Positions 36,241 to 48,200 of a DNA stretch of 64,000 nt are shown here, piece by piece; within the stretch, counting starts at the first letter, position 1; each line of letters opens with the position of its first letter. Location of the stretch: the NCBI GenBank assembly GCA_002269645.1, contig NIVC01001182.1:62001-126000 (forward strand). Direction: 5' to 3'. A program made the position numbers and the translations under genes. The stretch comes from Macrostomum lignano. Lineage: Eukaryota. The notes below the pieces were generated by a model. It saw only the letters and a list, made by a program, of their open reading frames with translations, did no database searches and was not told where the DNA came from.

Positions 36241-39200
36241 ATGCAAAATTTCGCAATGATCCCTGAGGGGGATCAGAAGCCACCAGCCGGAGCTGCTGAG
36301 CTCAACAATGCTAATAATAGCAGCAGCATGCGCTTGTCTCACCTGTCAATCATTGGCATGACCTGTCAATCCTGCGTATCGAACATTACTGACAAATTGA
36401 TTCGCGGTACACCTGGCGTCGCCATGGCAACGGTTAGTTTGGCTCGCAACGAGGCCTGGCTACTGCACGATGCCGCTAAATGCTCCATAGAAACTGTCGC
36501 TTCAGGTGTCGATGACATGGGATTCGAATGTCAGCCAGCTCCCAGTCTGCCAGCTGGAGTCCACGATTTGAGGCGAACTCTAGTTCGAGTTGACGGCATG
36601 ACCTGTTCAAGTTGTGTGTCGAATATTGAACGAGCAGTTGCTGGGCAGCCGGGCGTTCTAATTGTATCTGTGTCATTGGAACAGGCCTTAGCAACTGTCT
36701 ATCATCTGTCCACTGGTATTTCCGCGGCAGATGTGGTTGAGGCCATAGACAACTGCGGCTTTGAAGCCAGGTTAGTTGACAGCTCCCAGCCGCCTGATGA
36801 GATAACTTTCGGCCAGCCATCCACCGCCGGAGTGACCACGGATTCTGTTAGACTTCTAGTCGAAGGCATGACCTGTCAATCTTGCGTCAAAAATATTGAA
36901 AACTGTTTAAAATCTCGTCCCGGCGTTGTGTCAGTGCGAGTATCGCTTGAGGATAAATCTGCTAGCATCGATTTTGATCCCAGCAGGATTAGCGCCGAGC
37001 AGGTTCGGGAGTGCATCGAGGATGCTGGATTCGACGTACATCTGCCTATTGATGCAGGCGTTTCTAAGAATGGTAGGCTTCTTTCCCTACCTCAAGATTA
37101 TCCCACTTCTGGCGCCCCTTCTGTAGCTGGCGCCCCTTCTGTAGCTGGCCCCCTGTAGCTGGCGCCCCCTCTGTAGCTGGCGCCTCCTCTGTAGCTGGCG
37201 CCCCCTCTGTAGCTGGCGCCCCCTCTGTAGCTGGCGCCCCTTCTGTAGCTGGCCCCCTCTGTAGCTGGCGCCCCCTCTGTAGCTGGCGCCCCCTCTGTAG
37301 CTGGCGCCTCCTCTGTAGCTGGCGCCCACTCTATAGCTGGCGCCCTCTCTGTAGTTGGCGCCCTTTCTGTAGCTGGCGTCCTTTCTGTAGCCGGCGCCCC
37401 GTCTTTAGCTGGCGCCCCCTCTGTAGCTACCCTCCCCCTGTAGCTGGCGCCCCCTCTGTAGCTGGCGCCCCCTCTGTAGCTTGCGCCCCCTTTGTAGCTG
37501 GCGCCCACTCTATAGCTGGTGCCCCCTCTGTAGTTGGCGCCCTTTCTGTAGCTGGCGCCCTTTCTGTAGCTGGCGCCCCCTCTGTAGCTGGCGCCTCCTC
37601 TCTAGCTGGCGCCCCCTCTGTAGCTGGCGCCCCTTCTGTAGCTGTCGCCTCCTCTCTATCTGGCGCCTCTCTCTAGCTGGCGCCCCCTCTGTAGCTGGCG
37701 CCCCCTCTGTAGCTGGCGCCCCCTCTGTAGCTGGCGCCCCCTCTGTAGCTGGCGCCCCTTCTGTAGCTGGCAACCCCTCTGTAGCTGGCGCCCAGTCTTT
37801 AGCTGGTGCCCCCTCTGTAGCTGCCCCCCCCTGTAGCTGGCGCCCCCTATGTAGCTCGCGCCCCCTCCCTGTAGCTGGCGCCCCCTTTGTAGCTGGCGCC
37901 CCCTCTGTAGCTGGCGCCCCTTCTGTAGCTGACGCCCCCTCTGTAGCTGGCAACCCCTCTGTAGCTGGCAACCCCTCTGTAGCTGGCGCCCCCTCTGTAG
38001 CTGGCGCCCCTTCTGTAGCTGGCGCCCCCTCTGTAGCTGGCGCCTGTTGTATCTCTAGCGCCCCCTCTATAGCTGGCGCCCCCTCTGTAGCTGGCGCCCT
38101 TCCTGTAGCTGGCGCCCTTCCTGTAGCTGGCAACCCCTCTGTAGCCGGCGCTCCCTATCGCCAGACAGTTGCGCACCCGCTCATCGCACCCTCGAATCCA
38201 CACCCAACCTCATCCCCAGCGGCTACACTAGCGTGGCCAGGCCAGCAGCCTCAGACTCCCCAGGCTCAGCCGCCAGCCTCATCAGCCAGCGCATCAGTTC
38301 CAGTCGACCTGACCATCCGGGGCATGACCTGCGGCAGCTGTGTTCGCACCATCGAGTCGCAGCTGCAAAATCTTGCCGGAATCAAATTTGTAGCCGTGTC
38401 GTTAGAAAAAAATCGCGGCCGAATAATATTCGATCCGAATTTGATTAGCGTCCAGCAATTAATTGCTCAAATATCTAAGCTGGGCTTTGCGGCTGAAGAA
38501 TTTGCGGATGACGCTCAGCAACAGTTGAATTCTAAGAAACTGTCCGCTCCTCTGTTGACCGCCTCGTCCGAGTTCAAAATCTACGGAATGCACTGCAAAT
38601 CCTGCGTGTACAAAATTGAGAGCCATTTCAAAGATAACGTGCCGGCTGTGCTGTCGGCTAAAGTTGACCTCGAAAATGAGTTGGGCCGCTTTGTGTACGA
38701 TTTGAGTCGGTTCAGCGAGAAAGATTTGAGGAATCAGGTTTGCATTGTTGGTTTGAATCTTATTTGACTATATACACTCATTAACTCGCTGACTGACCCG
38801 CTTATCGACCTATTTATTGACTCGCGGATTGACCCACTGATTGACTCTCTGATTGACCCACTGACTCTCTGATTGACCCACTAATTGACTCTCTGATTGA
38901 CCCAATGATTGACCCACTGATTGACCCAATGATTTACTCATTGCTTGATCCACTGATTGACCCATTGCTTGACCCACTAGTTGACCCATTGCTTGACCCA
39001 CTAATTGACCCATTGCTTGACCCACTGATTGACTCACTAATTGACTCACTGAGTGAAACAACTTATTGCCCCATTGATTGACTCACTGATTGACCCATTG
39101 CTTGACCCACTGATTGACCCATTGCTTGACCCACTGATTGACCCACTGATTGACCCATTGCTTGATCCACTGATTGACCCATTGCTTGACCCACTAGTTG

Positions 39201-42200
39201 ACCCATTGCTTGACCCACTGATTGACCCATTGCTTGACCCACTGATCGACTCACTAATTGACTCACTGAGTAAAACAACTTATTGCCCCATTGATTGACT
39301 CACCGATTGACTTACTGACCCACTGATTGACCCATTGCTTGACCCACTGATTGACCCACTAGCATCAAATTCATTAACTAGCGAACAACTCCAACACTGC
39401 GCACACCGCAAAATGTACCAGGTGCTGAAGCTGGGCTTTCGCACAGACGAACTCCTGGTTCACACCGACGATGCCAATGCCAATGCCAGCAGTGCCGACC
39501 CAGCGATCACCGCCGCCGCATCGTCGCGTCCCAGCGTGTCGCCTCTTCGCTTGGACGGCGAGAAATGCATGATCAGAGTGTCGGGCATGACCTGCTCCAG
39601 CTGCGTCTATAATATTGAGCGTCAATTGAAGAAGGCGGCGGGAGTGCACAGTGTACTTGTGTCCCTGATGAGCGGCACTGCGGAAGTTCGTTTCGATCCG
39701 TCTTATATACTGGCTTCGCAGATTGCTAACAAGATTGTAGATATTGGATTTGAGGCTGAGGTAAACGGCTATTAAATTATCTGTTTGCGTATCATTGCGT
39801 AACCTCATACGGCACAATGAACTCAGGCATGCACACCCCACACGTAAGACCCATACCCCACACGTATGATTCCCACACCCCACACGGCAGAATCCCATAC
39901 CCCATACGCAAGACCCCATACCACACACGTAAGACCCCATACCCCACACGTAAGACGCCATACCCCACACGTAAGACACCCATACCCCACACGCAAGACC
40001 CCATACCCCACACGTAAGACACCCATACCCCACACGCAAGACCCCATATCCCACACGTAAGACCCATACCCCACACTTAAGATTCCCATACCCCACACGT
40101 AAGATTCCCATACGCCACACGTGAGACTCCCACACCTCACACGTATGATTCCCACACCCCACACGGCAGAATCCCATACCCCATACGCAAGACCCCATAT
40201 CCCACACGTAAGACCCCATACCCCACACGTAAGACACCCATACCCCACACGTAAGATTCCCATACCCCACACGTAAGACACCCATACCCCACACGCAAGA
40301 CCCCATATCCCACACGTAAGACCCCATACCCCACACTTAAGATTCCCATACCCCACACGTAAGATTCCCATACCCCACACGTAAGATTCCCATACCCCAC
40401 ACGTAAGATTCCCATACGCCACACGTGAGACTCCCACACCTCACACGTAAGATTCCCACATCCCACACGGCAGAATCCCATACCCCATACGCAAGACCCC
40501 ATATCCCACACGTAAGACACCTATACCCCACACGTAAGACACCCATACCCCACACGCAAGACCCCATACCACACACGTAAGATTCCCATACCCCACACGT
40601 AAGACACCCATACCCCACACGTAAGACACCCATACCCCACACGCAAGACCCCATACCACACACGTAAGATTCCCATACCCCACACGTAAGATTCCCATAC
40701 CCCACACGTAAGATTCCCATAACCCAAACGTAAAATTCCCATAAGCCACACGTGAGACTCCCACACCTCACACGTAAGATTCCCACACCCCACACGGCAG
40801 AATCCCATACCCCACACGTAAGGCTCCCATATCCCACACGTAAGACACCTATACCCCACACGTAAGACACCCATACCCCACACGCAAGACCCCATACCAC
40901 ACACGTAAGATTCCCATACCCCACACGTAAGACACCCATACCCCACACGTAAGACACCCATACCCCACACGCAAGACCCCATACCACACACGTAAGATTC
41001 CCATACCCCACTCGTAAGATTCCCATACCCCACACGTAAGATTCCCATACCCCACACGTAAGATTCCCATAAGCCACACGTGAGACTCCCACACCTCACA
41101 CGTAAGATTCCCACACCCCACATGGCAGAATCCCATACCCCACACGTAAGGCTCCCATACTCCACATGTAAGCTTCCCACACCCTACATGTAGGATTCCC
41201 ACAACCCACACACAAGACCCCATACCGCACACGTAAGGCTCCCACACCTCACAGGTACACATCCTACACCACACCCAGACGCAAAACACCACACAACTGA
41301 AAACCCCGCAGCTCACCCGGAATCCCACTCGCCCCCCTCAACCCGCACACCCAGTTGCTGGATGCGGACGGCGCCTCTGGAGCGGCGGGTCCCGGCCGGA
41401 CCACGGTGACCCTGGACATCGGCGGCATGACCTGCAGCTCCTGCGTAGCCAAAGTTGAACGAGCCGCACTAGCCGTACCAGGCGTAGTCGAAGCCGCGGT
41501 TGCCTTAGCAACCGAACGCGGCCGATTTGTTTACGAAACGGACGCGACGGGACCCAGATCGATCATAGCCGCTATAGTTGACGCCGGCTTCACCGCTGCC
41601 CTAGCCAGCGACCTGACCGCTTCAGAGCGTCAAGGCCGTCGGATTGTTAGCCACACGCATCGCTGGCGTCGGTCCTTTCTCTATTCCCTAGTATTCGGCC
41701 TGCCAACTATGGTTATTATGGTGGCATTTATGGCCGCATTCGATCACTCCTGCCATTCTAAGGGCCTCTCAGCGCCCTCAGGTGATGCCGGGTCGCCGCA
41801 CACGCACACCAATGCTAATGCTACTGTTGCTCATGGGCGACCCTGTACACCTATGGTGAGACCGGCTATCAAGGAGCTTGCGTATCTCTATTACTTACCT
41901 GCATTTGCTAGTCTTCAATACTGTACGCAGGCACGCACTCAATGCACACCTCCCTAAAGACACCTTACTTGACCTCCCTAAAGACACCTTACTTGACCTC
42001 CCTAAAGACACCTTACTTTACCTCCCTAAAGACACCTTACTTTACCTCCCTAAAGACACCTTACTTTACCTCCCTAAAGACACCTTACTTTACCTCCCTA
42101 AAGACACCTTACTTTACCTCCCTAAAGACACCTACTTGACGTCCCTAAAGACACCTACTTGACCTCCCTAAAGACACCTTACTTGACCTCCCTAAAGACA

Positions 42201-45200
42201 CCTTACTTGACCTCCCTAAAGACACCTTACTTGACCTCCCTAAAGACACCTTACTTGACCTCCCTAAAGACACCTTACTTGACCTCCCTAAAGACACCTT
42301 ACTTGACCTCCCAAAGACACTTTACTTGATTAACCTCTTTAAAGACACCTTACTTGACCTCCCAAAGACACCTTACTTGACCTCCCAAAGACACCTTACT
42401 TGATTAACCTCTTTAAAGACACCTTACTTGACCTCCCAAAGACACCTTACTTGACCTCCCTAAAGACACCTTACTTGACCTCCCTAAAGACACCTTACTT
42501 GACCTCCCTAAAGACACCTTACTTGACCTCCCTAAAGACACCTTACTTGACCTCCCTAAAGACACCTTACTTTACCTCCCTAAAGACACCTACTTGACCT
42601 CCCGAAAGACACCTTACTTGACTTCCCTAAAGACACCTATTTGACCTCCCAAAAGACACCTACCTGACTTCCCTAAAGACACCTTAATTGATCTTCCTAA
42701 AGACACTTTGCTTGACCTTGAAGACACCTATTTTACCTCTCTAAAGACATCTTATTTGACCTCCCTGAAGACACTTACTTGACCTCTCTAAAGACACCTA
42801 GAGAGGAAGGCTAAAGCTATATATTCAATTACACAACATATCGCCAATGCTAATTTTCTATAAATTATTTTCCACATTGCCAAGGTGACCGCCGGCCTGT
42901 CCTGGGAGAATCTGCTCATGTTCCTTTTGGCCACTCCCGTACAGTTTGTTGGCGGCCGATACTTCTACACTCAGACTTATAAAGCGTTGCGTCATCGAAC
43001 CACCAATATGGACGTATTGATTGTCATGGCAACCACAATATCATATGTGTACTCTTTGCTGGCTGTGCTAGTTGCCATGGGCCTCCGAGAGCCTGGCAGC
43101 CCGAAGACGTTTTTTGAGACGACTCCAATGCTGATGGTGTTTGTGTCTCTGGGCCGCTGGCTTGAGCACATCGCTAAGGGTAAAACTTCAGAGGCGTTGA
43201 GCAAACTGATGTCGCTTCAGGTGAATCTTTGCGTTGGTGATCTCTTGAGAATTAAAACCGGCCACTAAATCATTGCTATGATTCTTTTTCAAATTTCCGA
43301 GTTATTATTTTCTAAGCCCAATCCTAAAATGAAAAATCCCTATCCCAAATGAGAAATCCCAATGCTATGATGAGACAGAGAAATCCCCAAAAAAATCCTA
43401 ATCTCAAAATGAGAAATCCCAAAATGAGAAATCCCACAATGAGAAATCCCATAATGAGAAATCACAATCCCACAATGAGAAATCCCATAATGAGGAATCC
43501 CAATCCCACAATGAGAAATCTCATAATGAGAAATCCCACAATAAGAAATCCCATAATGAGAAATCACAATCCCACAATGAGAAATCCAATAATGAGGAAT
43601 CCCAATCCCACAATGAGAAATCTCATTATGAGAAATCCCACAATGAGAAATCCCATAATGAGAAATCATGATCCCACAATGAGAAATCCCAAAATGAGAA
43701 ATCCCACAATGAGAAATCCCATAATGAGAAATCACAATCCCACAATGAGAAATCCCATAATGAGGAATCCCAATCCCACAATGAGAAATCTCATAATGAG
43801 AAATCCCACAATGAGAAATCCCATAATGAGAAATCACGATCCCACAATGAGAAATCCCAAAATGAGAAATCCCACAATGAGAAATCCCATAATGAGAAAT
43901 CACAATCCCACAATGAGAAATCCCATAATGAGGAATCCCAATCCCACAATGAGAAATCTCATAATGAGAAATCCCATAATGAGAAATCCCATAATGAGAA
44001 ATCACGATCCCACAATGAGAAATCCCATAATGAGAAATCCCATAATGAGAAATCCCATAATGAGAAATCCCATAATGAGAAATCCTAATCCCACAATGAG
44101 AAATCCTAATCCCACAATGAGAAATCCTAATCCCACAATGAGAAATCCTAATCCCACAATGAGAAATCCTAATCCCACAATGAGAAATCCTAATCCCACA
44201 ATGAGAAATCCTAATCCCACAATGAGAAATCCCAGTCCCATAATGAAAAATCCCTATCCCACAATGAAAAAATCCCATATTTAGATCCCAATCCCACAAT
44301 GAGAAATCCCAATCCCATTATGAGAAATTCTTATCTCACAATGAGAAATCCCATAATGAGAAATCCCAATCCCACAATGCGAAATCCCAATCCCATAATG
44401 AGAAATCCCATTCCTAAAAAGAGAAATTCCAATCCTAAAATGAAAATCCTCATGAGACTCAAATCTACATTCTCAAACATTTGCACTTTTGAATCCCTAT
44501 ACATTAGCACTATGCGTTAGCAACAGTCCAGAGTCAAATGCCCTACATATTTGCTTGACAACAACAGGCTACAGAAGCCGCCTTAGTCACCCTTGACGAC
44601 AGCGGAAGCATCCTTAGCAGCGAGAAGATCCCGGTGGGTCTGGTTCAGCGCGGCGACAAACTCCGCGTTGTGCCAGGCGAAAAAATACCAGCCGACGGTC
44701 GCGTAGTGTACGGAGAGAGCGAGGTCAATGAATCAATGATCACTGGCGAACCGCTGCCTGTGCCCAAGGTGAGAAAGTGTAATATTTTACTCATTTAGTA
44801 GCATAATGCGATTCCTATGATAAATTCTTATCAAGCCAATGTATATTCGATAAATCGATGAAGCTTTCAATTCAACTTGTGACCTAGTGGTTAGAGCGTC
44901 GGGCTCACGTTTTGAAGGTCGGGGGTTCGATTCCCGATCCACTCGGAACAGCATGTCCTTAGGCAGCTGTAAAATGGGTGCCAGCATTAGCTGGGGTAAT
45001 TGAGGGTGTGTGTGGCGCCCCCCCTCCCCAGTCCTTGGACTGAACAGCTTTCGGTTGCACATCTACCCATTAGGACAGGTGTAATCAATTATTATTATCG
45101 ATCATCATTCACTCATGATTATCAGATACCTGGCTCAGACGTGATTGGCGGTTCCATGAACCAAAATGGCGTACTAATTATCGAGGCCACTCACGTTGGC

Positions 45201-48200
45201 GCGGATTCGGCTCTATCGCAAATTGTCCGCCTAGTTGAAGAGGCGCAAACTTCAAAAGCACCGATCCAACAATTGGCTGATAAGATAGCCAGCTATTTTG
45301 TACCGATGGTGCTGATTGTGTCCAGCCTTACTCTCGTGATCTGGGTTGTCATTGGCTACGCTAAGCCTGATGCCATTCCTGGTGAGATCTGGCTCTTTAC
45401 ACTTTAGAAATCGCCCCATAGACACTGTATACTCTCTAGGAATCGCCCCATAGACACTGTATATACTCTCTAGGAATCGCCCCATAGACACTGTATATAC
45501 TCTCTAGGAATCGCCCCATAGACACTGTATATACTCACTGGGAATCGCCCCATAGACTGTATATACTCTCTAGGAATCGCCCCATAGACACTGGATATAC
45601 TCTCTAGGAATCGCCCCATAGACACTGGATATACTCTCTAGGAATCGCCCCATAGACACTGGATATACTCTCTAGGAATCGCCCCATAGACACTGGATAT
45701 ACTCTCTAGGAATCGCCCCATAGACACTGTATATACTCACTGGGAATCGCCCCATAGACACACTGTATACTCTCTAGGAATCGCCCCATAGACACACTGT
45801 ATACTCTCTAGGAATCGCCCCATAGACGCACTGTATACTCTCTAGGAATCGCCCCATAGACGCACTGTATACTCTCTAGGAATCGCCCCATAGACGCACT
45901 GTATATTCTCTCTAGGAATCGCCCATAGACACTGTATATACTCTCTAGGAATCGCCCATAGACACTGTATATACTCTCTAGGAATCGCCCATAGACACTG
46001 TATATACTCTCTAGGAATCGCCCATAGACACTGTATATACTCTCTAGGAATCGCCCATAGACACTGTATATACTCTCTAGGAATCGCCCCATAGACACTG
46101 TATATACTCTCTAGGAATCGCCCCATAGACGCACTGTATATACTCTCTAGGAATCGCCCCATAGACACTGGATATACTCTCTAGGAATCGCCCATAGACA
46201 CTGTATATACTCTCTAGGAATCTCCCCATAGACACTGTATATACTCTCTAGGAATCGCCCCATAGACACTGTATATACTCTCTAGGAATCGCCCCATAGA
46301 CACTGTATATACTCTCTAGGAATCGCCCCATAGACACTGTATATACTCTCAAGGAATCGCCTCATAGACACTGGATATACTCTCTAGGAATCGCCTCATA
46401 GACACTGGATATACTCTCTAGGAATCGCCCCATAGACACTGGATATACTCTCTAGGAATCGCCCCATACTCTCTAGGAATCGCCTCATAGGCACTGTATA
46501 TACTCTCTGGGAATCGCCCATAGACACTGTACTGTACACAGTAACCGAACTACCTAACACACACAATACACTACCAAATTGCAGACGATGGCACAGGCAT
46601 CAGTCAGCACGAGCGCATCTGGGAGCACGCATTTAAACTGGCCATCACCGTACTCTCCATTGCTTGCCCGTGCGCCTTAGGCTTGGCCACTCCAACCGCC
46701 GTGATGGTTGGCACAGGTGTCGGAGCGGTCAATGGCATTCTAATCAAAGGCGGTGAACCATTGGAAACTGCTCATCGAGTGACTCATTTCATCTTTGACA
46801 AAACTGGCACTGTAACTTTTGGCAAGCCGGAGGTCACTAAACTGTTTCTATTTTTAAGCGATAAGATGCTACCGTTGCAATATTTCCTGCAGGCTCTGGG
46901 CCTAGCTGAGGCCAATTCTGAGCACGCCATTGCTCAGGCTGTATGCGGATTTGTAAAGCGCGCCTTTCGGGACAGGCATGACTGGGGAACTTGCTCCAAT
47001 TTTCAGGTTTGTGGCTTACCTTTGTTCTGCCTAGGAAAATTGAATAGTGTTCTAGGTGTTGTAAATATGAGTGCCAAAAACAGGTTTTGCAAATATGGGC
47101 GCCAGACATAGGTGCTGTAAATATAGGCGCCAAAAATATCTGTGAATATTAGCGCCAAAAACAGCTCCGTGAATCAAAATGCCACATTTATTGTGCCCCG
47201 TAATTTTATTTTACCTTTTATTTAAAATATAATTTCATGTGCGCATTACACTACCTAAATTCAGCTAGTAGAAATGTCAGTTTTTTATCGCCTAAATTTA
47301 TTGACCTAAACGAAAATCCACGCGCAGGCCATGCCAGGCTACGGTCTGAGCTGTCGAGTAGCTCTAAACAAGCGGTTGATCGATCGTCTGGAATCTGAAG
47401 GCACCCAGCTGGACTGCGGCGGGGTCCACATTTACCGAATCAGTTCGCCAGAAATGGATATTAGCGAAACTTCCGCTCTGATTCAAGTTGACGGCTTCGG
47501 AGCTGCCACTGCCTCTAACAAATTTGGCGGAGGCGGAAATTCTCGCTTAGCAACCGGCGGCGCGGATAGCGGAGTGGCCGATCCTCTGCCCGTTCTCATT
47601 GGCAACCGGGCTTGGATGCTAAAGAATGGCATTAACGTGCCGCCTAACGTTGATGAGGTAAAAGTCGAAACATTTCTACTTGTTTAATCGGTTCTTTTAT
47701 TAAATTAGAGTCAGGGGGCTGTTTGCACCCTGGCGCACTTTAAACGACATTGTCACACAACCGGCGAGAGGCATTACAAGCACACAAGCGCGCGGATACG
47801 TACGCAGTCATACGCACAAGCACTCACTCGCACAGGAGTGTACATGGCGGCCCTGACTTTATTTATCGTTAGGCATGTACACTTGTACGCATGTGCCTTG
47901 GGATGGGGGGTTGGCCTTCAAGGCCGTTAATTGCGCACGAGCAGAGCCAAGCCGAGATTCCAAATAAGCCCCAAATTAATGTAACTGCCCTGGCACTGGA
48001 ACATTAGAGCGCCGCGCCAGATCCCTTCTATAATCTGCCTCCTGTAAAGGATAGAATCTCCCCCTTAGAGGATAGAATTCCCTTTTTTAGAGGATAGAAC
48101 TAGCCAATTCCAACCCCCGTTGGGGCTTTCCGTCAGAACTCCTACCAAAGTTTTCCCACGCAAAAGAAATTCACCCAACTGAACCCCCCATCCAAAGAAT

